From NCBI GenBank assembly GCA_947626145.1, contig CANQRB010000004.1:29250-93249 (forward strand): 64,000 nucleotides of DNA, written 5' to 3'. The notes beneath the pieces are model-generated. The model was not told where the DNA came from. It made no database searches and was given only the letters and a program-made list of their open reading frames with translations. The number at the start of each line of letters is the position of its first letter. Position 1 is the first letter of the stretch. The position numbers were made by a program, and so were the translations under genes. Below are positions 9,042 to 18,628 of the stretch, one piece after another. Origin of the DNA: an uncultured Clostridia bacterium. GTDB lineage: Bacteria > Bacillota > Clostridia > UMGS1883.

Positions 9042-9759
9042 CGAAAAGGATATTGCCATAAAAAAAATTTTGGACGCGGGCGTCGTTACCCCTTGGGACA
9101 GGGTGAAAAAAAACTTGCTGGCGCTCCGTTTCTGCGCGCCGAAGCACATATTTTTCGACATGGGCGACTGCCTGTTTTTGGGACTGCTGGCGGCAGCGGC
9201 AGGTTGGATATTGCTTTTGAATATAAACGGCGGCTTTGTCTGCTGTTCCCTGCTGCTCGCCTCCCCTTTTGCATATATGATAACCTGCCTTCTGACGGCG
9301 TGGAAGGAGCGTCAACGGCGGATGTATGAAATAAAAATGACCTGCTATTTTAATCTGCATCAGGTGACGGCCCTCCGGATGCTGTATTTCAGCGGCCTTA
9401 ATTTAATTGTAAATTTTGTCATGATTCTGCTCGAACGCCGAATTTCTATTTTGGGAGCTTTGTTCTGGCGGCTTTTGGGCATTTCCTTTTCCGGCATATT
9501 TATTTACGGAGTTTTGCTAATAGCTTTCCAAATAAAAGTCCATGGCAGAATGTCCGTTATCTTACCGCCTGTTTTTTGGCTGATGATAAACAGCGTGATA
9601 TTCATTGTATGGAACGAAAGAATAGAATTTATAATATTAAATTTATCCGTTTATATAGTATATCTTGTGACGGCGGGACTGCTCATGCTGTATATTGCGA
9701 TGCTATACACCTATATGACGAATTGGAGAGGAGAAACAGACTATGCTTTCAGTGAATAA
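9016..9759 (+). CDS. Polytopic membrane protein, candidate anti-sigma factor
   Basis: The ATG lies 7 nt after GAGAGGAG and overlaps the sigma gene end, suggesting translational coupling. A short soluble N-terminus is followed by 6 or more hydrophobic segments. No ZAS motif was seen, so the role is inferred from position only. Confidence 0.5.
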   Translation: MSTETLSNDEKDIAIKKILDAGVVTPWDRVKKNLLALRFCAPKHIFFDMGDCLFLGLLAAAAGWILLLNINGGFVCCSLLLASPFAYMITCLLTAWKERQRRMYEIKMTCYFNLHQVTALRMLYFSGLNLIVNFVMILLERRISILGALFWRLLGISFSGIFIYGVLLIAFQIKVHGRMSVILPPVFWLMINSVIFIVWNERIEFIILNLSVYIVYLVTAGLLMLYIAMLYTYMTNWRGETDYAFSE

Positions 9760-10600
9760 CGTCACAAAAAAATACGGTGATTTCACTGCGCTTCAAGACA
9801 TAAACATTGAGTTTGACCGAGGAGTTTACGGACTGCTGGCGCCCAACGGAGCCGGAAAAACCACTCTGATGAAAATGCTGGCCACCCTTTCCTTCCCAAC
9901 AAAGGGGGAGATTTTGTGGAACGGCACGGATATATTTCAACTGGACGAGGAATACCGTGATATTCTGGGCTTTTTGCCGCAGAAGTTCGGCTATTACAGG
10001 AATTATTCCCCGCGCAGGTTCTTGGGCTACATGGCGGCGTTAAAAGGCATAGAAAAAAACGGGGCGGAGGAAAAAATCGACTCACTTCTTAAAAAGGTCT
10101 TTCTCGAAGAATTTGCGGATAAAAAAATGAAGCAGTTTTCAGGGGGTATGCTCCAACGGGTAGGCATCGCTCAGGCTCTGCTCAACGACCCCGAGCTGCT
10201 TATTCTGGACGAGCCCACCGCCGGACTTGACCCAAAGGAGCGGGTTCGCTTTCGCTCCATGCTCCACTCTTTGGCCGGTGAACGCATAGTTATTCTGTCA
10301 ACTCATATCGTTTCCGACATTGAAACAATAGCTGATAAAATAATTTTGCTTAAGGATCATAAACTGCTTTGCTGTGCCGCGCCCACAAGGCTGTGCTCCG
10401 CGTTGCAGGGCAAAATTTTTGAGATACCCGCCGACAGGCATATTGACGCGCCCTGTGAAATTCTGTATGAGCGCCAGACCGGAACAGGGACCGTCCTGCG
10501 TATTTACAGCGAGTCACGCCCTGACGGAGCAACGGAAACGGCCGCGAACCTTGAGGACGTGTTCCTGACGGTTTACCGTGACGAAAGGAGACAAAAATGA
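9743..10600 (+). CDS. ABC transporter ATP-binding protein
   Basis: Walker A LLAPNGAGKTTL, ABC signature FSGGMLQRVGIAQAL, Walker B LLILDEPTAGLD. Confidence 0.93.
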   Translation: MLSVNNVTKKYGDFTALQDINIEFDRGVYGLLAPNGAGKTTLMKMLATLSFPTKGEILWNGTDIFQLDEEYRDILGFLPQKFGYYRNYSPRRFLGYMAALKGIEKNGAEEKIDSLLKKVFLEEFADKKMKQFSGGMLQRVGIAQALLNDPELLILDEPTAGLDPKERVRFRSMLHSLAGERIVILSTHIVSDIETIADKIILLKDHKLLCCAAPTRLCSALQGKIFEIPADRHIDAPCEILYERQTGTGTVLRIYSESRPDGATETAANLEDVFLTVYRDERRQK

Positions 10601-11751
10601 AACTGATAAAATCGGAAATTAAGAAGCTTGTATTTAACAAAAGCCTGTATTTTTTTCTGGCCATTTGCCTGACGTTAAATCTTGCGCTGATCGCTGTGAC
10701 GGGCGGCGAACGTTCTTATATAAAATATATTGGAGAAATCACGGCGAACGCCGGAGACAGGATCAACCGTTCTTTTCTTAATTATGTCAGCGCTTTGCCG
10801 GACAGCGAGTTCATCGACCGCCTCACAGCCGCCTGTGCCGGTGCGGGAAAAATCTTCGACAGCTTTGACGCGGCGGCATTGGGCAGAAACTGGTATTATG
10901 ATGAATACTATATAAAGTCCTCTTTCCTTCATAGAATGTTATATGAGAAATACGAAAAATTAAACAATTCAGTGAAATTGCTGAATTCCGAAAACGCCGA
11001 TCTGTCCGTTTACGGGGCCGACGCCACGGGGAATTTCCATGAGGCTCTGTTTACATATACACTCAAAGCGCTGATGATAGAGGGATTTATACTTATTTCT
11101 CTCCTTACGATCCACATAATGGGCATTGAACGTCAAAGCCTTACCGAGTCCATAATATATTCCAGCCGAAGAGGTCGGGCCCTTGTCAAAGACAAAATGT
11201 GCGCCGCCTGGATAGTGAATACCGGCTGCATCTTGCTGCTGTACGGGTCAACGCTGGCGTTTTTCTTTTCGGTATGGGATATCGGCGGCCTTTGGGAAGC
11301 CAACGTGTCAAGCTGCTTCCACCTTGTGACGGACGTTGATCTGCCGTTTCTGAAGCCTTTCCTCACTTGGACAAGCTTCACGGTAAGAGAGTATTTCACC
11401 GCGACTCTGCTTTTGGAAGCCGCATTGCTGTTGGTGTGGCAGCTCATATCCTCCTGCATCGGAATTTTGTGCGGCAGTTCCGCCAAAGGATTTCTGACGG
11501 CGGCGGCCTGCCTTACGGGTCCGTATTTTCTGCCGTTTGTTTTTAAATCGCTGAGCTGTGGGTGGTCATTTTATATTAACACCTTTTCCATCTCAATGTT
11601 AACGCTTAATCAGCATTTGTGGTTTACGGACATGGGTGTTTACGAGCTGCTGCCGTGGCAGGAAACCTTGTCGGCCGGAATACATTTATCCGTGTGTGTT
11701 CCGCTCTTTTTTACGGCAATTAAAATATTCAAAAGAAGGGAGCTGATGTAA
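10597..11751 (+). CDS. ABC-2-type permease-like membrane protein
   Basis: 384 aa. It has an N-terminal TM segment, a large loop and a C-terminal multi-TM block. Its start overlaps the ATPase stop by 4 nt. Confidence 0.65.
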   Translation: MKLIKSEIKKLVFNKSLYFFLAICLTLNLALIAVTGGERSYIKYIGEITANAGDRINRSFLNYVSALPDSEFIDRLTAACAGAGKIFDSFDAAALGRNWYYDEYYIKSSFLHRMLYEKYEKLNNSVKLLNSENADLSVYGADATGNFHEALFTYTLKALMIEGFILISLLTIHIMGIERQSLTESIIYSSRRGRALVKDKMCAAWIVNTGCILLLYGSTLAFFFSVWDIGGLWEANVSSCFHLVTDVDLPFLKPFLTWTSFTVREYFTATLLLEAALLLVWQLISSCIGILCGSSAKGFLTAAACLTGPYFLPFVFKSLSCGWSFYINTFSISMLTLNQHLWFTDMGVYELLPWQETLSAGIHLSVCVPLFFTAIKIFKRRELM

Positions 11752-12933
11752 ATGTTTGTCTGGGAGCTCAGAAAAGTTTGGACAAAGGAGCATATCTTAC
11801 TCATCGCCGCGGTCACGCTTCTTTTTTCTCTGACCTTTCTTGTACCGCCAATAAGGTCGGTGACTGTGACAGAAGAGGGCGAGGAAATCTTCTCCGCGAG
11901 GATGGGGATAATCAAGGAGTGGCTCAATAAATATGACACACAAATTACGCCTCAGGAATTTGAAGAGATAAAAAGGATCTATGATGAACGCCTTTCCGAC
12001 GGACAGGCTGTCATTTCAACGCAGCCCTATTTCGCGGAGAATAATGTGTTTACTTATGACGACTATCTTTCTTACGGTAATAACGCCCTGAACGGCGCGG
12101 AAGGCTACTCCTACGACAGCTTCCGCAAAATGCGTGAGTTCATATCCGAAGGCACCGATTATTCCGCCATGTATTATCAGGAGTATGAAGATCTCATACA
12201 TAAATATGTTGACGGCAGCTCGCGAAAAGCTCGTTATATTGAAACGCTCCTGTCCGGCAAAGCCGAAAAGGCCGCAATATCCGAGCTCGACACGCTTCGC
12301 CGAACCAAAGGCGTCGGCAGTCTGCTGCCCGGCGAACTTGTGTACGCCGCAAACCGTTACTATGTCAACCTCTCAATTTTGCTCATTATATTGGCGATGT
12401 TCATTTCCGGGCCTGTCATGGTCAACGATAATGCCAATAACATTCGGCCGGGGCAATACAGCAGCAAAATCGGTCTCAAAATATATCAGCGTCAGTATGC
12501 GGCCATGGCGGTTTCTCTTTCCGCACTTACGGCACTCATGCTCATCGGCAGCTTGACGCTTTGGCTTGCAGTCGGGGCCGGCCGCTTTTTCCAATGCGGC
12601 ATCTTTGCTTTTCAAATGATGGAAACGCCGGTGACGGGCGATCTATCGTTTGGCGTGTATTTGGTTTTGATTTCGGCGCTGATTTTTATTCTTGTAAACG
12701 GTGTTGGCGGGCTTATGTTTTATCTTTCCGGCACGAGCCGCAATTTTATCGAGATGCTGATGAAATCGATACCCGCCGCGGTTTTTGGGATAATGCTGTC
12801 GCTTTCTTTAAATGACCTGTTTCTCAATACAAACTTTCTTTTCCGTATGACAGGGATAAGAGGTGTGGAGATTTTTCCGGTTATTTTGATTTTCATATTT
12901 GGATTATTGATAAATTTAAAAGGGATACGTTAG
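11752..12933 (+). CDS. Second ABC-2-type permease-like membrane protein
   Basis: 393 aa with the same architecture as the preceding gene. It starts immediately after that gene's stop codon. Confidence 0.6.
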   Translation: MFVWELRKVWTKEHILLIAAVTLLFSLTFLVPPIRSVTVTEEGEEIFSARMGIIKEWLNKYDTQITPQEFEEIKRIYDERLSDGQAVISTQPYFAENNVFTYDDYLSYGNNALNGAEGYSYDSFRKMREFISEGTDYSAMYYQEYEDLIHKYVDGSSRKARYIETLLSGKAEKAAISELDTLRRTKGVGSLLPGELVYAANRYYVNLSILLIILAMFISGPVMVNDNANNIRPGQYSSKIGLKIYQRQYAAMAVSLSALTALMLIGSLTLWLAVGAGRFFQCGIFAFQMMETPVTGDLSFGVYLVLISALIFILVNGVGGLMFYLSGTSRNFIEMLMKSIPAAVFGIMLSLSLNDLFLNTNFLFRMTGIRGVEIFPVILIFIFGLLINLKGIR

Positions 12934-12997
12934 TAATGCGGTATGGAGAAGCTGTCTGTTGGGCTTGGCGAAGTTAGCATGGTATCACCTCAAAACG

Positions 12998-13027
12998 AAA
13001 CGGACGCTCCGCTTGGAACGTCCGTTT
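12998..13027. terminator. Bidirectional terminator between the ABC operon and the convergent toxin gene
   Basis: AAACGGACG-ctccgcttggaa-CGTCCGTTT, with T-rich sequence on both outward sides. Confidence 0.65.
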
Positions 13028-13092
13028 GATTATCTTTTTACTCTACCATTTTAACACATATATAACTCTCATTCAATCACATTTACTCTCAT

Positions 13093-13404
13093 CTATTCTA
13101 ACTTTTTTTGATAATCGCTTTTAGCATAAACGACTCTCGTAACAGTTATCAGCTTCTCGCGCTCATCCACACGATAAAACATAATATAATTCTTAATCAG
13201 CAGTTTACGGTACTCATATTTTAAAGTTTGGAGTGGGCGATAAACAGGCATGGAATACGGAAAAACTCTGATTTTTTCCGCTTCGGTTATAAACTCCTCA
13301 GCTAACCGTCCGGCCGCAATGGGATTTGATAATGTTTTGCCGATATATGTCACAATGTTAATCATATCCTGTTGGGCGATAGGCTGAAACTCCAAATCAT
13401 ACAT
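13093..13404 (-). CDS. Type II toxin, RelE/ParE superfamily
   Basis: About 103 aa (MYDLEFQPIAQQDMINIVTYI...YIMFYRVDEREKLITVTRVVY). The ATG overlaps the end of the antitoxin gene. The fold-family assignment comes from sequence resemblance. Confidence 0.8.
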   Translation of the reverse strand: MYDLEFQPIAQQDMINIVTYIGKTLSNPIAAGRLAEEFITEAEKIRVFPYSMPVYRPLQTLKYEYRKLLIKNYIMFYRVDEREKLITVTRVVYAKSDYQKKLE

Positions 13405-13675
13405 TTTCGGTTTCTCCAATCGCCTCGCGCATATTTTTCAAGACTTCTTTTGGTGAAAACCGCTTGTTTGTCATTTCCGCCTCATACTCCGCCTCCTTAA
13501 GCTTAAAGTACACTTCGCTTTCAAACTGAAGATTTTCATAAGCTTCCATACTCATAACAACCATGTCGCCAAAACCGTTTTTTGTTAAGAAAACGGGCTG
13601 CTTTGTTTCGTGGACTGTCTTGGAAATATCCGCAAATTTATTTCTTAAGTCCGAAACGGGTCTTATTAAATTCAT
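13397..13675 (-). CDS. Type II antitoxin, Phd/YefM family
   Basis: MNLIRPVSDLRNKFADISKTVHETKQPVFLTKNGFGDMVVMSMEAYENL is a typical Phd/YefM N-terminus. A GGAGG RBS precedes ATG 13675. Confidence 0.85.
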   Translation of the reverse strand: MNLIRPVSDLRNKFADISKTVHETKQPVFLTKNGFGDMVVMSMEAYENLQFESEVYFKLKEAEYEAEMTNKRFSPKEVLKNMREAIGETENV

Positions 13676-13704
13676 AAAAATTCCTCCTATCATATTATGA
13701 TTGT

Positions 13705-13733
13705 ATTTTAGCACAATTATGCTAAAATTGCAA
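13705..13733 (-). promoter_or_regulatory. TA operon promoter with embedded palindromic operator
   Basis: On the minus strand: TTGCAA, a 17-nt spacer, then TAAAAT with an upstream TGc. A perfect palindrome TTTTAGCA-6 nt-TGCTAAAA (13706-13727) fills the spacer. Confidence 0.7.
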
Positions 13734-13778
13734 GAGGAAATTTTTATTTTTATAAAGTGATTTCCTTGCTAAAGCTAC

Positions 13779-13813
13779 AAAAAATGAGCTATGGAGGGTT
13801 GGCTCCATAGCTC
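13779..13813 (-). terminator. Intrinsic terminator of the protease gene
   Basis: GAGCTATGGAG-ggttgg-CTCCATAGCTC forms a perfect 11-bp stem, followed on the minus strand by ATTTTTT. Confidence 0.85.
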
Positions 13814-13927
13814 GATAACTTACGTAGTGCCTATATTGTACAGTCTTGCGCCTGACGCACCGCGGTCGCAAAGCTTCCTATTCGAGGGCAAATGACCTGA
13901 TAAGTGATAGCCTATTGCAAATCTAAA

Positions 13928-16900
13928 TTATAAGGCTATCATACCATCAGTTTCATCATTACCATTAAGTTCTTCGTCCTTTTTGCCTGTGTTTTTATTC
14001 TCAGATATATCTCCTTCGAAAGCTGTTTCGACGGACTCTTCATTTTTAAGTTCTTTGCCTCCAAACTCATTACTGATATCCTTTATTGGCACTTTGTCTG
14101 GCAAGGATTCAATAGAAACTAGTGACTCTTCATCATGATAATTTATTAATATGCCATTAGATATTTTGAATACAGGCCAAGAGTTTCCTGATTGGTTAGA
14201 AGAAACTTTGTACACCTCAACTAAGTTATTTCCATTATATAACTCTACCTGTGCACCCGAAGTCGCCCAAGTACCTTCACCGTAGAACCAGTATACATAA
14301 TATTCATATGTGCTATTTATGTCCACTTCAAATGTAACGGTTTCCGGCCCTTCTCCATCGGTATCATCCACATCCAAATTGGCCACCAAATCTCCTGATG
14401 CATTATATCCGTTTCTGTTAGAAAAATATACATGAAAGTTTCTATGGTCTGAAAGGCTTCCAACCAAATGAGAGTCTAAGTCGCTGGGATTCATGTTCCA
14501 ACGAAGAACTGCCCTATATTGATTGCTAGTCATCGAAGGAGAAATGCTTCCATTTTGATTGGCAACTTCTCTTCCCCCAATTATTGTGACGTTGAAATAT
14601 CCGGTGGTGTATCCGTACTTTTCCATTTCTATTGTATAATACCCAGAGGATGCAGTTAGTGAATATTCACCACTACCGTTAGTTATTGTTGAAGATATTT
14701 CCTCACCTTTACTACTATTCCACCCGTTTCTCAACCTGACTATTACGCCATCAATAGGATATCCGGTTGTTGCGCTTGTAATAACGCCGCTTATTTTTCC
14801 TTCACCAGACTTTACAAGTTTAACAAGTTCTTCTGTTTGGTTGTCTTTTGTTACTGTCGCAAGCCCGTAGAAAGGCATATAACCGTCTTTTTCAATAACA
14901 ACAGAATATGTTCCCACATCAAGAGACAGTTCTTTTGCTCCCTCTGCGCCTATTTGAACTTTCCCAATCAAGAAATCATCATCAAGTATAGATATAGTTG
15001 CATCTTTTATAAATGTTTCATCTTCCGCATCAACAATTTGTATATAAAGAGTACCTCTATCCCCATATATACCAACATCATCAAATGCACGTTTTATAGT
15101 CATTTTTTCCGCTTTAGACAATCCCTGAGTATCAGCTTGAAGCAGTACATTTCTCCTTACGGTTTTAAAGTTAGAATTTGCACTGAAGCCCTTGCCCAAC
15201 GAACCATACCATAGGTCTATAAGCTTAGACATTGAAATGGCCGGAAGACTATAAGAGGGATAGCCTTGTGACATTAAATATGCAGCATGAGAAATTACTG
15301 ATGAATTCGTGTGAGCAAATACTGATTTATTACCAGTATTAGTGCACCAATTAGTTCCACCAACTTTACTGGGCTTATGGCAGGAAGATGGATCCTTAAC
15401 ATTTCTTAATGGTCGCCAGTCCTCCCCTATGGTATAGTTATTATCATCAACGAACCATCCAAAGATATCTGCGTATGCTTCGTTGATTGCATAAGATATA
15501 TGACCATTACTGTGATCGTGACTAAGTCCATTCCCTGTCTTAAACTGAACTACTCCATGAGTGTACTCATGAGCAATAATATCAAGTCCGCTGGCCGTAG
15601 TAGTTTGGAGATTACTGTCGTTATTACTATTATCATAAAAATAGAATTCTTTGTTGCCGCCTGTCCAACACGCATTACTACTGCCTCCAAATTTATGAAC
15701 AGTTACTTTAATAGGATATCCATTCCCGTCCACAGAGCGTCTGCCCAAAGTGTCCGCATACCAATTATATACATCTATCATATTGGTGTATGCAGAAATA
15801 GCCGTTTTATCTCGCCATACATTAAATTCACTGCCAACTCTACTATTAACAAGTCCCCCATCATACATTTTAATGTTTCTCTCTGAATCTTCCATATAGT
15901 AGAATAACCAATCCCATTGTTTAAATTGTACGGGGAATGACACTTCGGTATTTTTTTCATTTTCACCGCTACCAGTTACTCTTTTGTCGCCCCAGTCTAA
16001 AATATTGCTTCCAGAATAAATTACGGAACCAGTATATCCATTTATGATTACAGTTTCGTCAATATTGTCGCCAGACAAACAAATTACATATGCTACAACA
16101 GGACTTTGCTCATATTCATCAAGAGAATATATAACTACCTCTGTTGATACAACATCTACTGATTCTTGCGGGTACTGACTTTTAGCAATATTTATTGCTT
16201 CACTTTCTGATATCACGGGGTCGGTATTTACATCAACTAAGTTTGCAGATGCAACTACATCGGATGTTAATGAAGTAGATGTTCCATTATTATCTACAGA
16301 CACGGTTAAATTTCTATCATAAACGTCAAGCCCATTATATTGTTGACTAAAAGTATAATCAGTTCCGTATTTGCCAGAATTTGTCACAGATATATTTAAT
16401 TCTTTTATTGGATCGTTCATGCCAAGAATTGTTCGAACTCCGTATATTGCATAAAGAGCATCGTCTGGGGAGTTTATATCAATATCACTTATTTTACCAC
16501 TTATCGCTGTTACTTGGGATCCCTCTTCATTGTATTCTATATAAGTATCAAAATCTGCATCCTTATTCATTTGCTCTATATCGACAACTGAATTATTAGG
16601 AGACTCATTAATATTAAAGTTACTTTCTTTTATAACCGTAACTTCAAAAGATTTTGTTAAATTATAGTCTCCTTTCGATATGCTAGCGTTGAGTCTAACA
16701 TTTTTATTCTCATTTATCGGACGTGAGACGGAACCGCTTTCTGAAACTACATTAATATTGTTACTTTCCCATGATATATCTACTGTTTCAATCATTGTTG
16801 GTAAAATCAAATCATGAGTAACAGATTCTTTACAGTCACCTTTACTATATGTAATTTCAAGAGTATCATATGCATATTGAACTATCGCTTTATTAAATTC

Positions 16901-18244
16901 ATTCTCATCATATTCTACCCACCTTGCATACAAAGTTAATTTATTGTTAACGGCCAATTTAAAATCATAGATATTTTCGCAATCCCTATCAGTATACCAG
17001 CCACCAAACAAATAATCTTTACGTTCAGGGTCTTTGGGAATTGTAACATTATTTCCAGCTAAAATCTCTTGACTTTCAGGCGCATCCTCTGCCCCTTCAT
17101 AATTCAAATCAAAGGTGACAGTGTAAACGCCGTCCTCCTCAATTTCTTCTTCCCAACCAGCATACAGAGTCAAGCGCTCGGTAATTTCCGTGTTCTCAAA
17201 ATCAAACTCATAAACGCATTCCTCATCTGTGTACCAGCCCGTGAAGATATAGCCCTCTCTTTCGGGATCATCGGGACGCTCTGCATAATCGTTCTTCTTT
17301 ACTTTCTGGGTAGCCGGAGGATTTTTCGCTCCTGAATAATTCAGGTCAAATTTTACATTGTATCTCGTGGTGCCGCCGGAGCTTCCGCCACCACCGCCAC
17401 CACCGGTGGAACGACTTATCGTATATTCAACGCTCATCACATCGCTGACAAGAACATCATCTTTTACCGCGATTGCCTTCAGTGTCGCGGTAGACAGTAT
17501 ATTTATATTGCCACCTGTGTATTCCTCGCTGTCAACTGTGGGCTCTGTTCCATCGGTCGTATAGTAAATCTTAACGCCCTCGGTGTCGCTCTTAAGCGTT
17601 ACAAGCTGATTTACATAATATGTGCCCGCCTCAACGGACGCGACAGGGGCGGCTACCGTTGTGCGGAGACCGTTATAAACCATTACGGCAATGTCCCCAC
17701 GGGTAGAGGCTGATCCCTTTCTGCCCTTGAGGTTATCCGTTATACCGTTATCCTCAGCCGCTTTAATATAGCCGGCAGACCAATCATCAGGGTCGGATTC
17801 AACATCGTCGCCAAGACCGACGCCGCAAACCACCATCTTTATGGCCTCTTCATATTTGACGTCGTCATCCGGCATAAATCCGCCGCTACCGTTGCCGTTT
17901 ATTATCTCCTCTTTCGCGGCGACATTGATGTAGCCGCTGGCCCAGTGGTCGGCGGGAACATCGTCAAACTTTGTGGCGCCCTTGGAATTGCGGGCATCGT
18001 TCTCCTTGCCTATCATGCGGCATACTACCGCCGCCATTTCGGACCTTGTGATAGATTTATCCGCCCCAAATGTACCGTCGGCGTAGCCGGTGAAAATGTC
18101 GAGCTTTTCCAGAGCGAGAGCCGCCTCGGCGTAATACTCATTCCCCGTAACATCGGAAAAGACCGTGCCTGCGGCAAAAGCACCGATCGGCGCAAGCGAC
18201 AGTGTCATTGCCAAAACTAAAATGATGCTTAAAAATTTTTTCAC
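13928..18244 (-). CDS. S-layer-homology-anchored multidomain M4 (thermolysin-like) metalloprotease
   Basis: GTG start 8 nt after GGAGG, then a signal peptide. SLH-type repeats are present (FSDVTGNEYYAEAALALEKLDIFTGY..., FDDVPADHWASGYI...). A poly-Gly linker follows. Two InlB-B/Listeria-Bacteroides-type repeats are seen (YNVKFDLNYSG...GYIFTGWYTD, YTVTFDLNYEG...DYLFGGWYTD). The zinc site is IIAHEYTHGV with a downstream NEAYADIFG. C-terminal beta-sandwich-like repeats complete the protein. Confidence 0.9.
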   Translation of the reverse strand: MKKFLSIILVLAMTLSLAPIGAFAAGTVFSDVTGNEYYAEAALALEKLDIFTGYADGTFGADKSITRSEMAAVVCRMIGKENDARNSKGATKFDDVPADHWASGYINVAAKEEIINGNGSGGFMPDDDVKYEEAIKMVVCGVGLGDDVESDPDDWSAGYIKAAEDNGITDNLKGRKGSASTRGDIAVMVYNGLRTTVAAPVASVEAGTYYVNQLVTLKSDTEGVKIYYTTDGTEPTVDSEEYTGGNINILSTATLKAIAVKDDVLVSDVMSVEYTISRSTGGGGGGGSSGGTTRYNVKFDLNYSGAKNPPATQKVKKNDYAERPDDPEREGYIFTGWYTDEECVYEFDFENTEITERLTLYAGWEEEIEEDGVYTVTFDLNYEGAEDAPESQEILAGNNVTIPKDPERKDYLFGGWYTDRDCENIYDFKLAVNNKLTLYARWVEYDENEFNKAIVQYAYDTLEITYSKGDCKESVTHDLILPTMIETVDISWESNNINVVSESGSVSRPINENKNVRLNASISKGDYNLTKSFEVTVIKESNFNINESPNNSVVDIEQMNKDADFDTYIEYNEEGSQVTAISGKISDIDINSPDDALYAIYGVRTILGMNDPIKELNISVTNSGKYGTDYTFSQQYNGLDVYDRNLTVSVDNNGTSTSLTSDVVASANLVDVNTDPVISESEAINIAKSQYPQESVDVVSTEVVIYSLDEYEQSPVVAYVICLSGDNIDETVIINGYTGSVIYSGSNILDWGDKRVTGSGENEKNTEVSFPVQFKQWDWLFYYMEDSERNIKMYDGGLVNSRVGSEFNVWRDKTAISAYTNMIDVYNWYADTLGRRSVDGNGYPIKVTVHKFGGSSNACWTGGNKEFYFYDNSNNDSNLQTTTASGLDIIAHEYTHGVVQFKTGNGLSHDHSNGHISYAINEAYADIFGWFVDDNNYTIGEDWRPLRNVKDPSSCHKPSKVGGTNWCTNTGNKSVFAHTNSSVISHAAYLMSQGYPSYSLPAISMSKLIDLWYGSLGKGFSANSNFKTVRRNVLLQADTQGLSKAEKMTIKRAFDDVGIYGDRGTLYIQIVDAEDETFIKDATISILDDDFLIGKVQIGAEGAKELSLDVGTYSVVIEKDGYMPFYGLATVTKDNQTEELVKLVKSGEGKISGVITSATTGYPIDGVIVRLRNGWNSSKGEEISSTITNGSGEYSLTASSGYYTIEMEKYGYTTGYFNVTIIGGREVANQNGSISPSMTSNQYRAVLRWNMNPSDLDSHLVGSLSDHRNFHVYFSNRNGYNASGDLVANLDVDDTDGEGPETVTFEVDINSTYEYYVYWFYGEGTWATSGAQVELYNGNNLVEVYKVSSNQSGNSWPVFKISNGILINYHDEESLVSIESLPDKVPIKDISNEFGGKELKNEESVETAFEGDISENKNTGKKDEELNGNDETDGMIAL

Positions 18245-18342
18245 GATTGTAACCTCCAATTTTATTTATTCACTTTCTAATTGCAGGAAAACACCGCCAC
18301 TGTATGTCACGCCCCCTTTTGGGCGAATTTGTCCTCCGTACA

Positions 18343-18623
18343 ATAAAAAATGCGCAGCTCATCGGAGCCGCGCACGAAAAATGCTTAGCTCCGAATTTAC
18401 TGCGACATAAATTAATATAACACAAAAGAAACGCATTTTTGGCACTCGCTCATTAAAAATGCAACCAGAGCGTTACAGGAGCAGCATTTTTACCAATGCT
18501 AATGTTGCTCCGGTTAGCACTTTTATACGTTAGAATGTTAAAACAATGATAGAAAATATAGGTACTCAAAAAAGAGCGCAAAAAGCGAACTTAATAAGCG
18601 TTTCTATATTAATCTATGTCGCA
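18343..18623 (-). ncRNA. Candidate ~280-nt structured leader or ncRNA upstream of the protease gene
   Basis: The predicted TSS (~18622) coincides with the 5' arm of a long-range helix. Arm 18598-18623 pairs with arm 18401-18434 over 19+7 bp, with one G-U pair and an 8-nt bulge. The unit ends in the hairpin GCGCGGCTC-cgat-GAGCTGCGC plus T6 (18343-18373). An upstream UCGGAGC (18388-18394) can pair instead with the terminator 5' arm. Confidence 0.4.
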
Positions 18624-18628
18624 AATAA

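Noticed and set aside
18343-18623. Identification of the protease leader as a T-box, a c-di-GMP riboswitch or another known riboswitch. The same question applies to 8059-8283.
   Set aside because: I could not find the conserved cores I remember (the T-box GGUGGUACCGCG, the GEMM-I GGCAAACC...ACGCAAAGC pairing, SAM, TPP, FMN, glycine, lysine and others). The nearest resemblance (GACUGCAAAGCC at about 8144-8155) is too partial. Both are left as unclassified candidates.
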